From the NCBI GenBank assembly GCA_011775625.1, contig JAABYT010000039.1, positions 34,564-98,563 of the forward strand: 64,000 nt of DNA. The letters run 5' to 3'. Both the position numbers and the translations under genes were made by a program. The stretch's first letter is position 1. Each line of letters starts with the position of its first letter. Below are positions 38,005 through 46,621 of the stretch, in pieces. The notes under the pieces are model-generated. The model did not search any database. It had not been told where the DNA came from and saw only the letters and a list, made by a program, of their open reading frames with translations. The stretch comes from Gammaproteobacteria bacterium. Lineage in GTDB: Bacteria; Pseudomonadota; Gammaproteobacteria; HK1.

Positions 38005-38727
38005 GTGCTGAGGGCTCGACGCCGGCGCCGTCGCATTCGCCGGCTGATTTTTATCTTACTCGTCAGCGTCGCGCTGCTGATGGTGGGCAGCGCCGGCGCG
38101 GTGCTCGCGTGGCGATGGATGGATCCGCTCACCACCTCGTTCATCCTCCAGCGCAAGGCTTCGGAGCTGCTCGCAGGGGGCCGCGCCCGTGACGTCGAGC
38201 ACCGTTGGGTCGCCTGGCAGGCGATCTCCGAGAATGCCGGTCTGGCGGTCATCGCCTCGGAGGATCAGCGTTTCGCCGAGCACTGGGGATTCGACGTGGA
38301 ATCCATCCAGGACGCCATCGAGGAGCGGCAGCGGGGCGGACGCATGCGCGGAGCCAGCACCATCAGTCAGCAGGTGGCGAAGAATCTGTTTCTCTGGCCC
38401 GGCCGCAGCTGGCTGCGCAAGGGCCTGGAAGCTTACTTCACCGTCCTCATCGAGCTCTGCTGGTCGAAGCGCCGCATCCTCGAGGTCTATCTCAACGTCG
38501 CCCAGTTCGGCGACAAGACCTTCGGCGTCGGCGCCGCCAGCGAACGTTTTTTCGGCAAGCGCGCATCGCAGCTCAGCGCCTACGAGGCGGCGCTGCTGGC
38601 CGCGGTGCTGCCCAACCCGGTGCGCCTGCGGGTCGAGAGCCCGTCGGCCTATGTGCGCCAGCGGGCGCGGTGGATTCAGCGCCAGATGCGCGCGCTCGGC
38701 GGGTCCGCCCATGTGCGCAGCATCTGA
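38005..38727 (+). CDS. mtgA: Monofunctional biosynthetic peptidoglycan transglycosylase
   Basis: N-terminal TM helix, EDQRFAEHWGFD and RKGLEAYFTVLIE motifs. Confidence 0.9.
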   Translation: MLRARRRRRRIRRLIFILLVSVALLMVGSAGAVLAWRWMDPLTTSFILQRKASELLAGGRARDVEHRWVAWQAISENAGLAVIASEDQRFAEHWGFDVESIQDAIEERQRGGRMRGASTISQQVAKNLFLWPGRSWLRKGLEAYFTVLIELCWSKRRILEVYLNVAQFGDKTFGVGAASERFFGKRASQLSAYEAALLAAVLPNPVRLRVESPSAYVRQRARWIQRQMRALGGSAHVRSI

Positions 38728-38751
38728 GCGGCGCCCCGGCGCGGGCATCGC

Positions 38752-39696
38752 GTGATTCAGCCATTCATCATCGGCACGCGAAACGCGGGTGCGTTCCTGC
38801 ACGCGGGCGCGGCGATACTCGGGCAGGGCGGCTCGGCGCTCGACGCCGTGGAAGCGACCACGCGGCTCGTGGAAGACAACCCCGAGGACACCTCGGTCGG
38901 CACGGGCGGTATCCCCAATCTCCTCGGCGTGCCTGAGCTCGATGCCAGCATCATGTGCGGAAGGACGTTGAGAAGCGGGGCGGTGGGTGCCATCAAGGGT
39001 TTCAAGCACCCCATCAGCGTCGCCCGGCGGGTGCTCGAGGAGTGCCCGCACGTGCTGCTGGTGGCCGAGGGCGCGGAGCGCTTCGCGCGTATGATGGGCT
39101 GTGAGGCCGGCGATCTGGAAACCGAGACGAGCAGAAGGGTCTACCGCTCGTTCGTTGCCGACGCCTTCGAGCACGAGGGCATCGACGAGTCTCAGGCCTG
39201 GGTCGTCGAATACGTTCGCAGCCAGGGGCTGCGCGAGTGGTACGCGCGCCTTGCCGACGACCACCACGGCACGGTCAACGTCCAGGCGATGGACGCCGAC
39301 GGCAATGTCGCCTGCGCCGTTTCCACCAGCGGCACGGCGCTCAAGTTTCCCGGCAGGCTCGGCGACAGTCCCATCATCGGCGCTGGAAACTACTGCGATA
39401 ACCGTTACGGGGCGGCCGCCTGCACCGGCCGGGGCGAGCTCTCCATGCGTGCGAGCACGGCGAGATCGCTCATCCACTTTCTCGCCGAGGGCCTCGGCGT
39501 CGAGGCCGCCGCCAGGCGCGCGATGAAGGACGTCCACGCGCTGTCGAGCTATGGCGCCATGAACTGTCTGCTCATGGACGCGCATGGAAACACCGTGAGC
39601 GCGACGACGGTGAGCGGGCGCGAGAGCATTCACTGGTTCATGGACTGCCATGCGAGCGAGCCGCAGAGGCGCGTCGGCATCAACGTCACGCCGTAG
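38752..39696 (+). CDS. Asparaginase-2 family Ntn hydrolase (isoaspartyl peptidase / glycosylasparaginase-like)
   Basis: Motifs GGSALDAVEA, GTGGIPN, a HGTV autoprocessing-site region, and GDSPIIGAG. Confidence 0.8.
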   Translation: MIQPFIIGTRNAGAFLHAGAAILGQGGSALDAVEATTRLVEDNPEDTSVGTGGIPNLLGVPELDASIMCGRTLRSGAVGAIKGFKHPISVARRVLEECPHVLLVAEGAERFARMMGCEAGDLETETSRRVYRSFVADAFEHEGIDESQAWVVEYVRSQGLREWYARLADDHHGTVNVQAMDADGNVACAVSTSGTALKFPGRLGDSPIIGAGNYCDNRYGAAACTGRGELSMRASTARSLIHFLAEGLGVEAAARRAMKDVHALSSYGAMNCLLMDAHGNTVSATTVSGRESIHWFMDCHASEPQRRVGINVTP

Positions 39697-39740
39697 GCGT
39701 CCGCAGGCAGTCTCGAAACGGGTAACATGGCGCACGCACC

Positions 39741-40649
39741 ATGAGCACGTATCCTTTCATGCAGGTGGATGCGTTCACCGATCGCGCGCTCGGCGGTAAC
39801 CCCTGCGCGGTGGTCTTCGACGCCGACGATCTCGATGACCATCTGCGCCTGCGCATCGCCCGGGAGATGAACCTGTCGGAGACGGCTTTCGTCGAGCGCG
39901 CACGCAGCGCCGACGTCGGCGCGCGCTACTTCACTCCGAACCGCGAGATCCCGCTGGCCGGGCACCCCACCATTGCCACCGTGTTCGCCCTCTTCGAGTC
40001 CGGGCGACGCAGCCTCGACGGCGCGCTGACGCGCATCTCACTCGAGCTCAAGGCGGGCATCATCGACGTGGAGGTGCACGCACGGGACGGGCGCCCGGGA
40101 CGCGTCGTCATGTCGCAGATGCGGCCCGCGTTCATGGCGCGCTACGAGGCGCGCGACCTGCTACCGGTGTTCGGCCTGTCGGCCGAGGACGCCATGCCGG
40201 GGCTCACGCCGCAGACCGTCAGCACCGGCACGCCGCAGCTGATGATCCCGGTGGCGAGCCACGACGCGCTGCGCCGCGTGCGGATCGATGCCGATGCCTA
40301 CGCGGCGCTCGCCGCCGGGGGCGACTTCTTCAGCCCCCACGTGTTCGCGCTCGGCGGCGTCACCGAGGCGGGTGCGACCTTCGCCCGTCACGTCGGCGCG
40401 CTGCCGGGGGGCGCGGAGGATCCGTTCACGGGCTCCGCCACCGGCGGCATGGCCGCGTACCTGTGGCACTACGGTGTCATCGACACGCCCGCGTTCGTCG
40501 CCGAGCAGGGTCATTGGATGGGGCGCCCGGGCAAGGCGTTCGTCGAGGTCGTCGGACCGCGCGATGCCATCGAGACCGTCAAGGTCGGCGGCGAGGCGGT
40601 GACGGTGGTGCGCGGCGAGCTGGACCTCGGGCGGGTAGGGCGGGGTTGA
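39741..40649 (+). CDS. PhzF-family isomerase
   Basis: Motifs FMQVDAFTDRALGGNPCAVV and MNLSETAFV. 302 aa. Confidence 0.85.
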   Translation: MSTYPFMQVDAFTDRALGGNPCAVVFDADDLDDHLRLRIAREMNLSETAFVERARSADVGARYFTPNREIPLAGHPTIATVFALFESGRRSLDGALTRISLELKAGIIDVEVHARDGRPGRVVMSQMRPAFMARYEARDLLPVFGLSAEDAMPGLTPQTVSTGTPQLMIPVASHDALRRVRIDADAYAALAAGGDFFSPHVFALGGVTEAGATFARHVGALPGGAEDPFTGSATGGMAAYLWHYGVIDTPAFVAEQGHWMGRPGKAFVEVVGPRDAIETVKVGGEAVTVVRGELDLGRVGRG

Positions 40650-41434
40650 TCCTGCGTGCGCGAGCGGCCGCGGCAGCCTGGGCGCTCGCGCTCGCCGGGC
40701 TGCTCGGTCTCGCGGGTGTGCGCGCCGAGGTGCCGGTGTCCATCGGTTATCGCGTCGTCGCCACCTATCCCCATGATCCGCAGGCCTACACGCAGGGTCT
40801 CGTCTACGCCGGCGGCGCGCTGTACGAGAGCACCGGACTCTACGGGCGCTCGAGCGTGCGCCGGGTGGATCTGGCAAGCGGTCGGATTCTGGCGGCAAGG
40901 CCGCTCGCGCCGCAGCACTTCGGCGAAGGGCTGACGGCCATCGGCGAGCGTCTCATCCAGCTCACCTGGCGCTCGGGCACCGCCATCGTCTACTCGCGCG
41001 CCAACCTGCGCCCGCTCGGGCAGTTCCGCTACGCCACCGAGGGCTGGGGGCTCACCCACGACGGCAGGCACCTGATCATGAGCGACGGCAGCGACACGCT
41101 GTACTTTCTCGACGCCGACCGCTTCACCGAGGTGCGACGGGTGAAGGTGCACGACGCGAGCGGCCCGGTTCGATCGCTCAACGAGCTCGAGTACATCGGC
41201 GGCAGCGTTTTCGCCAACGTCTGGCAGTCGTCGCGCATCGTGCGCATCGATCCGGCGTCCGGCCGCGTCACCGGGTTCGTCGATCTCTCGGCGCTCACCG
41301 ATCGCATGCGCGGTGAGCCGGGCACCGACGTGCTCAACGGCATTGCCTACATTCCGGGAAGCGGGCGGGTGCTGGTCACGGGCAAGCGCTGGCCGAGCCT
41401 GTTCGCCATCGAGCTCGTCGAGCGGGACCCATGA
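40646..41434 (+). CDS. Secreted glutaminyl-peptide cyclotransferase (beta-propeller, plant/bacterial type)
   Basis: Motifs YPHDPQAYTQGL, YESTGLYGRSSVRRVD, QLTWRSG, EGWGLTHDG and NELEYI. TTG start in a TTGA overlap with the phzF-like stop gives a signal peptide (ILRARAAAAAWALALAGLLGLAGVRA). In-frame part of track ORF 40463..41434. Confidence 0.8.
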   Translation: MILRARAAAAAWALALAGLLGLAGVRAEVPVSIGYRVVATYPHDPQAYTQGLVYAGGALYESTGLYGRSSVRRVDLASGRILAARPLAPQHFGEGLTAIGERLIQLTWRSGTAIVYSRANLRPLGQFRYATEGWGLTHDGRHLIMSDGSDTLYFLDADRFTEVRRVKVHDASGPVRSLNELEYIGGSVFANVWQSSRIVRIDPASGRVTGFVDLSALTDRMRGEPGTDVLNGIAYIPGSGRVLVTGKRWPSLFAIELVERDP

Positions 41435-41524
41435 CACCCGGGCCGCGCAGCGCAGCGCATCGAGAAGGGGCGCCGAGCGCAATGCTCTCCCGGCCGGCCG
41501 AGAGGCGTGCGCGCCTTTCACGGC

Positions 41525-42217
41525 TCAAAGCGCGTAGTGCTTCTCGAGAATGGCGCGGGTGAAGCTCGGGCGCAGGTAGAATCCCCGCGGCAGAGTGCGC
41601 ACGTGCTCGCCGCTCTCGCCGATGCCCCAGCGGCGCGCGCGCGAGTCGGCGGCCTTGGGTCGAATCTGCAGGCAGGCGCCGTGGTGGGCGCTGATGTGCT
41701 CGAGCTCGCCCAGGCACACCATGTCCATGAGCTCGTGCCAGTCCGCGGCGAGCGCTGCCTCCTCCTGCGCGGACGGGCTCCACAGCAGCGGCCAGCCGAG
41801 CACGCGATCGCCGGGGGCGGTGTCGGCGTCGCTCACCACCGGCACCCACAGGACCCGGGCGAGCTTGGCGTACACGTTCGAGCCACGCCAGTGCCCGGAA
41901 GACGCGCCCGTCAGGGGCACCGTGCAGACGTAGGTGGACTCCCTCGGCTCGCCCTCGCGGCTCACCGGGATGGTCTTGAGCTCCACGCCGATGAGCTGGA
42001 AATCCGGCTCCGATCGCGAGCCGGCGGTAGCGCCCAGATAGGTCTCGATGAGCTGCCCCGCCCAGCCCTTGGCGCGGCGGCTGTCGCTCGGCACCGGGCG
42101 CCGCTGACCGGCGGCGAGCGCGGCCAGCGGCGCGCCCGCCATGCCGACCGCCCGGGCGAGCAGCTCGTCCTCGCTGCGCGGCGGCGGATTCGGATGCCAG
42201 CGGCGCGCGTCGCTCAC
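41525..42217 (-). CDS. mutH: DNA mismatch repair endonuclease MutH
   Basis: Aligns along its length with E. coli MutH as I recall it: KGWAGQLIETYLGATAGS, catalytic DF..GVELKTIP, VLWVPV, LLWSP, EDWHELMDM, LQIRPKAA, LPRGFYLR. GTGA overlap with the upstream gene. Confidence 0.9.
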   Translation of the reverse strand: MSDARRWHPNPPPRSEDELLARAVGMAGAPLAALAAGQRRPVPSDSRRAKGWAGQLIETYLGATAGSRSEPDFQLIGVELKTIPVSREGEPRESTYVCTVPLTGASSGHWRGSNVYAKLARVLWVPVVSDADTAPGDRVLGWPLLWSPSAQEEAALAADWHELMDMVCLGELEHISAHHGACLQIRPKAADSRARRWGIGESGEHVRTLPRGFYLRPSFTRAILEKHYAL

Positions 42218-43113
42218 GGCAGGCCGTCGGGCTCGGGCAGCGGCCGGCCATGGCCGTCGATGAACGTCACGGCCGGCGAGTCGGCCACCGTCGCCACGCG
42301 CGTCACCGCTGTGCCGGACTCGCCGGCCCAGGCCATGAGGTCGGTGTGCGCGTGCGCCGGCACGCTGAAGCAGAGCTCCAGGTCACCGCACGCCCGCGGC
42401 AGCGCCGACCAGTCGCCATCGGCGTCCAGTCGCCGGCGCGCCGCCGCCGCCAGCGGCAGCGCCGCCAGATCCATGCGTGCGCCCAGTCCCAGGGGCGCGA
42501 GCAGCGCGGCGAGCGCCGCCTCCAGCCCCTCGCTCAAATCGGCAGCGGCACCGTTACAGGCGCGCACGCGACGTCCGAGGGCGACGCGAACCATCGATGG
42601 CAGGGGCCGCGCCGCGGCCACGTCCACCTGCAGGCAGCCGCTCACGTAGATGCCGTCGCCGGCGCCGATACGCGGTGCGCGCGCGGCGGCGGCCCCGGCG
42701 AGCCGTCCGTGGCCGATCACCGTGGCGGCGAACGGGCCACGCGTGGTGTCGCCGCCGACCAAGGCCACCGAGCAGGGCACGGCGACCGCGAACAGCGCGT
42801 CGCTGAACGCGCCCAGCCAGGCCTCGTCGGCCTCGGGAACCGTGAGCGCCAGCGTCGCCCAGGCCGGCTGCGCACCGGCCGCCGCCAGCCGGTTGAGGGC
42901 CGTTGCCATGACGTCGTTGCCGAGACGCGCCGGGTCGTGCGCGCGCGCCTGCTGGGCGGCGCCGGCGTAGACGGCGACGCCGGTCACCAGGAGTTCGCCG
43001 GCGCCGAGCCGCAGCACCGCGCCGTCGTCGCCGATGCCCACCAGCACGTCGTCGCGCACGGGCAGCGGGCGGGTGAAGAAGCGATCGATGAGGGCGAACT
43101 CGCCGAGGGACAT
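42214..43113 (-). CDS. ThiL-like (AIR-synthase-related/PurM superfamily) protein with degenerate metal-binding motifs
   Basis: ThiL-like segments: MSLGEFALIDRFF, GIGDDGAVL, PAWATLALTVPEADEAWLGAFSDALF, LVGGDTTRGP. The TDxLVEGVHF and NLSDLAAMG motifs are replaced (VTGVAVYAG, NRLAAAG). An alternative TTG start lies at 43131. Confidence 0.65.
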   Translation of the reverse strand: MSLGEFALIDRFFTRPLPVRDDVLVGIGDDGAVLRLGAGELLVTGVAVYAGAAQQARAHDPARLGNDVMATALNRLAAAGAQPAWATLALTVPEADEAWLGAFSDALFAVAVPCSVALVGGDTTRGPFAATVIGHGRLAGAAAARAPRIGAGDGIYVSGCLQVDVAAARPLPSMVRVALGRRVRACNGAAADLSEGLEAALAALLAPLGLGARMDLAALPLAAAARRRLDADGDWSALPRACGDLELCFSVPAHAHTDLMAWAGESGTAVTRVATVADSPAVTFIDGHGRPLPEPDGLP

Positions 43114-43216
43114 GCTGGTAGTGCGGGGCAACCCGCTGCGGCCGCGACCGCCCCATTGTACGCGCGCCGGCCCCCGGCGCTCGACAGCCGGCGGGCGGCG
43201 ACGTCGACGATGGCGA

Positions 43217-43861
43217 TCAGGAGGCTTTGTACGCGCCGCTGAACCTGCGGTAGAAGATCAGCACCTTGCGCACGTAGTCCTGGGTCTCGGGATAGGGCGG
43301 GACCTTGTAGCCGTAGCCGATGACGGCGTTCTCGCCCGCGTTGTACGCGGCCAGCGCCAGCACCACGTCGTTGAACTGCTGGATGAGATTGCGCAGGTGA
43401 AGCACCCCGGCGTACAGGTTCTGGGTGGGATTGCGCGAGTCGCGCACGCCGTAGCGTTTTGCCGTCTCCGGCATCAGCTGCATGAGGCCGACGGCGCCGG
43501 CGCGCGACACGGCGCTGGGATCGTAGGCGGACTCGACACGCACCACCGCGTGGACGAGGTTGCGATCCAGGCTCAGCTCCCGGGCCACCCGGTCGATGAG
43601 ATGCGTGTAGCGACGCTGGTTCTCCTCCATGTGCTGGCTCGGGGGCCTGTGCGCGCTGCCGCGGCGCTCGTAGCCCCGCTTGCCGCGCACCAGCAGCTCG
43701 GAGCCGGGTCCCATGGGCCGGTCGGACAGATGCACGACGCCGTCGCGATCGACGAACCGCCACACGTCCGCGGCGGCGCGGGGCGCAGCGAGCACCAGGC
43801 ACAGGACGGCGACCACGGCCGTGGCGCCGGTGACGATGCTTGCCGTCGGTGGTCGATGCAT
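43217..43861 (-). CDS. Lytic transglycosylase (SLT domain) with N-terminal DUF4124-like segment
   Basis: Signal peptide, VWRFVDRDGVVHLSD, catalytic ESAYDPSAVSRAGAVGLMQLMP, and AAYNAG. Confidence 0.85.
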   Translation of the reverse strand: MHRPPTASIVTGATAVVAVLCLVLAAPRAAADVWRFVDRDGVVHLSDRPMGPGSELLVRGKRGYERRGSAHRPPSQHMEENQRRYTHLIDRVARELSLDRNLVHAVVRVESAYDPSAVSRAGAVGLMQLMPETAKRYGVRDSRNPTQNLYAGVLHLRNLIQQFNDVVLALAAYNAGENAVIGYGYKVPPYPETQDYVRKVLIFYRRFSGAYKAS

Positions 43862-43912
43862 GACGCGACAGTCCCCCGGGGTGCGCGAATACCGGAATTA
43901 TAGCGGTCCAAT

Positions 43913-44413
43913 TCAGGGGATCCCGAACGCGTTTCGCAAAATCTGCAGACTCGCCAGCGCGTACAGGCCGGCGACCACGTCGTCGAGCATGACCCCGAGG
44001 CCGCCGGCCACGCCGCGGTCGATGCGCCCGATGGGCCAGGGCTTGAGAATGTCGAAGAGGCGGAACAGCACGAATCCGAGCAGCGTGCCCTGCCAGCTCC
44101 AGGGGCTGCCGGTGAGGGCGATGAGCAGGCCGACGATCTCGTCCCAGACGATGCCCGGATGGTCCGTGACACCCAGGCGCCGGCCGGCCCGATCGCAGAG
44201 CCACACGCCGGCGATGGCGAGCACCAGCACCACCGCCAGGTAGAGCGGAATCGGCAGATCCGCCATGGGGATATAGATGAGCACCCCCACCAGGCTGCCG
44301 GCGGTTCCGGGGGCCACGGGCGCGAGGCCCGCGCCGAAGCCGCTGGCGAGCAGCACGGGGGGCTCGCGCAGGGCCGCGACGGGGATGCGCGGCGGCGGGG
44401 AAGGGCGCTTCAC
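43913..44413 (-). CDS. pgpA: Phosphatidylglycerophosphatase A
   Basis: Motifs GFGAGLAPVAPGTAGSL, DHPGIVWDEIVG, FRLFDILKPWPI and GVMLDDVVAG. GTGA overlap with the thiL stop. In-frame part of track ORF 43913..44827. Confidence 0.88.
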   Translation of the reverse strand: MKRPSPPPRIPVAALREPPVLLASGFGAGLAPVAPGTAGSLVGVLIYIPMADLPIPLYLAVVLVLAIAGVWLCDRAGRRLGVTDHPGIVWDEIVGLLIALTGSPWSWQGTLLGFVLFRLFDILKPWPIGRIDRGVAGGLGVMLDDVVAGLYALASLQILRNAFGIP

Positions 44414-45327
44414 GGGAAATGCCGGTAGCCGGGCGCGGGCGTGAAGGGCGTTCCGTCGGCGCGCTGGATGTGCAGGCCCGGTGCCGCGGTCACGGTGCCG
44501 ATGGCGCTCACCGGGCAGCCCACGGCCTGCAGGCGGTGCTCGGCTTCGTCCAGGTCCCCGGGGGAGACGGTGAAGCACAGCTCGTAGTCGTCCCCCGACG
44601 CGAGCGCCAGCGTCCAGGCGCGCTCGCGGGGCAGCGCCTCGGCGAGCACCGACGACAGCGGCAGGCGCTCGAGCTCGATGCGCGCGCCGCAGGCGCTCGC
44701 CGCCAGCACGTGACCCAGGTCCGCGGCCAGGCCGTCGGACACGTCGATGGCGGCGGAAGCCAGCCCGCGCAGCGCGATGCCGGCCTGCACCCGCGGCTCG
44801 GGCCGATGCAGGCGTGCCCGCACCCACGCGCGGGCGGCCGTCGACAGCGCGGCGCCCTCGTCGGCCAGTGCCAGACCCGCGTCGCCGAGGGTGCCGGTCA
44901 CCAGGATGCGATCCCCGGCCGCGGCGCCGGCGCGGCGCAACGCCGCGCCGCGGGGCACGCTGCCGAGCGCCTCCACCGTCACGCTCAATCTGCCGCGGGC
45001 CGTCACCGGGGGCGCGACGTCGAGCCGGTAGCGTTCGGCGAGGGCCAACAGGCCCTGCTCGAAGGCGCGCTGCCAGCAGCGCGCGTCGTCGCCGTCGGGG
45101 TGGGTGAGGCTCGATCGCACGGCCCGGGGCGTGGCGCCCATGGCGGCGAGATCGCTCAGGTTGACCGCCAGGGCCTTGAAGCCCACGTCGGCCGGCGCCG
45201 TCTCGATGGCAAAGTGCACGCCTTCGACCAGCGTATCGATGGCGACGACGACATCCTCGTCGGCGCCGAAGGCATGCACTTCGGTGACGGGGATCGTCGG
45301 CGTCAACGTATCAGGGGCGCTTGGCAT
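44410..45327 (-). CDS. thiL: Thiamine-monophosphate kinase (syntenic copy, upstream of pgpA)
   Basis: Motifs AIDTLVEGVHF, FKALAVNLSDLAAMGATP, AIDVSDGLAADLGHV and SGDDYELCFTV. It lacks the usual N-terminal GEFxLI helix, and the GGDTTRG segment reads APPVTARG. No in-frame alternative start lies upstream before a TGA. Confidence 0.8.
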   Translation of the reverse strand: MPSAPDTLTPTIPVTEVHAFGADEDVVVAIDTLVEGVHFAIETAPADVGFKALAVNLSDLAAMGATPRAVRSSLTHPDGDDARCWQRAFEQGLLALAERYRLDVAPPVTARGRLSVTVEALGSVPRGAALRRAGAAAGDRILVTGTLGDAGLALADEGAALSTAARAWVRARLHRPEPRVQAGIALRGLASAAIDVSDGLAADLGHVLAASACGARIELERLPLSSVLAEALPRERAWTLALASGDDYELCFTVSPGDLDEAEHRLQAVGCPVSAIGTVTAAPGLHIQRADGTPFTPAPGYRHFP

Positions 45328-45383
45328 TTGTGTTATAACTGGCAGCGCGCAACGATGCGGCTCCTTGAGCGCGAATCCCGAAC

Positions 45384-45554
45384 ATGGCTCTGAACATCTT
45401 GTTTCTCATCGTCACCGCCATCGTCGCCTACCACGGTCTTACCTGGCGGGACGAGGAGGGCGAGTCGGACTTCGTGCGACTCCTGTTCGGAGCCATCGCG
45501 CTGCTGTTCTTCTTTCGCGTGCTGCTGGCCGATGTCTTGAAGCTGTGGGGTTAG
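45384..45554 (+). CDS. Small two-TM membrane protein (56 aa), absent from the ORF track
   Basis: MALNILFLIVTAIVAYHGLTWRDEEGESDFVRLLFGAIALLFFFRVLLADVLKLWG. Very high third-position GC (about 85%) like the real genes here. No obvious SD. Confidence 0.4.
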   Translation: MALNILFLIVTAIVAYHGLTWRDEEGESDFVRLLFGAIALLFFFRVLLADVLKLWG

Positions 45555-45601
45555 GGCAGAGTTTACTCAATTACGCCAAGCCGCCACCAAGATAACGGTC
45601 G

Positions 45602-46180
45602 CTACTGCTTGTAGCTTCGCTGCTCATCATCCAGCTCCGGTACCCGCAACAGACGTTCCTTCTCCGGCTTGGCGAGCTCGCTGCGAAGGTAGGCCGCCCG
45701 CTCGGCGATACCCGGCGGTTTCTGCGCCTGCTTTCTGAGGAATCGCGTCAACCAGTGCGGCCCTTCCGCGAGCTCGGGATCGAGCGCCAGGGCCTGCTCG
45801 TAGTCGGCGATAGCTTTCTCGTAGTGGCCCATGCGATCGCGCAGGATGCCGCGGTTGGCGTAGCTCGCGCCGAAATCGGGCTGGCGTGCGATGGCCGCGT
45901 CGAATACTGCCAGGGACTCGTCGAAGCGTTCGAGCTGCATCAGGGTACGGGCGCGCCCGCGCAGCGCGTGAAGGTGGTTGCCATCGATGGCGAGCGCTTC
46001 GTCGTACTTGGCCAGCGCGCGCTCGTACTCGCCGTCCTCGAACAGCGTGTTCGCATCCAGGTAGGGGAGGTCGCCGGGATTGCGCGGCGAGATCATGGAA
46101 TCGTAAATCGTCCATCCCACCCACGCGATGGTAAGCGTGATGGCGGTCCACTTGAGGAACCGGTACATGGCGTTACTCAC
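45602..46180 (-). CDS. Membrane-anchored tetratricopeptide-repeat protein
   Basis: N-terminal TM helix followed by three or four TPR units (YERALAKYDEALAID.., FDESLAVFDAAIARQPD.., YEKAIADYEQALALDP). An alternative ATG at 46168, preceded by GGTGAG, is also possible. Confidence 0.75.
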   Translation of the reverse strand: MSNAMYRFLKWTAITLTIAWVGWTIYDSMISPRNPGDLPYLDANTLFEDGEYERALAKYDEALAIDGNHLHALRGRARTLMQLERFDESLAVFDAAIARQPDFGASYANRGILRDRMGHYEKAIADYEQALALDPELAEGPHWLTRFLRKQAQKPPGIAERAAYLRSELAKPEKERLLRVPELDDEQRSYKQ

Positions 46181-46406
46181 CGCCCGGCATTCCTATGGTC
46201 GACAGGTTGTAGAGGAAAGAGAACACGATGGAAACGAACGCACTGATGATGCGGGCGCGATTCATCTGACCCGCGACCTCCTGCTCGTCGAGCTCGCGTG
46301 CGAGCTTGCGTTGCAGCCGGCGCACGCTCAGGACCCAGATGAGCTTGCTCATGGGCCAGAACAGCAGCGCCGCCAGGATCACGACCCAGACGATGAAATT
46401 CAGCAT
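46173..46406 (-). CDS. Small membrane protein (77 aa, two hydrophobic segments)
   Basis: Third-position GC about 84%. Its end overlaps or abuts the TPR gene start. No SD, and its ATG lies 5 nt after a terminator T-tract. Confidence 0.55.
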   Translation of the reverse strand: MLNFIVWVVILAALLFWPMSKLIWVLSVRRLQRKLARELDEQEVAGQMNRARIISAFVSIVFSFLYNLSTIGMPGGE

Positions 46407-46411
46407 GGCAG

Positions 46412-46440
46412 AAAAAAAAAGAGGAGGGTCGCCCCTCCCC
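46412..46440 (-). terminator. Rho-independent terminator
   Basis: The minus strand reads GGGGAGGG-GCGA-CCCTCCTC followed by nine T: an 8-bp GC-rich stem (one G-U), a GNRA tetraloop and a U9 tract. Confidence 0.8.
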
Positions 46441-46621
46441 TACTCCTCGAAATGGCGCAATTTGTTAGCTGTTGGTATCCACCGGAGGCCGCGCTGGCTT
46501 TTTGGTGCGTGTTCCTCGTGAGATCACGTCACCTGTGTGCCCTGTGGCACTGACCATCGCGCGATACGGCGCGCCATTTGAAATTGTTGATTGACAGTAT
46601 AGACCACCCGCGCTGGTGCGA

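Noticed and set aside
38056-39735. 559-aa minus-strand ORF opposite mtgA and the asparaginase-like gene
   Set aside because: Shadow ORF, for the same reasons as above.
41470-41520. Short hairpins (CTCTC..GAGAG; AGGCG-TGCG-CGCCT) between the convergent cyclase and mutH genes
   Set aside because: The stems are 5 bp and there is no convincing U-tract on either strand. This may act as a weak bidirectional terminator but cannot be supported from sequence alone.
46545-46560. TGGCAC-N5-ATCGC on the plus strand (sigma-54-like) in the transporter 3' region
   Set aside because: The GC dinucleotide is one position out of register with GG-N10-GC and the -12 element is not TTGC. It would also fire antisense into the transporter gene.
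46441-46620. CrcZ-like identity of the transporter 3' region
   Set aside because: The A-rich patches do not satisfy the full AAnAAnAA motif and are few in number. I kept the region only as a generic sRNA/attenuator candidate, not as crcZ.
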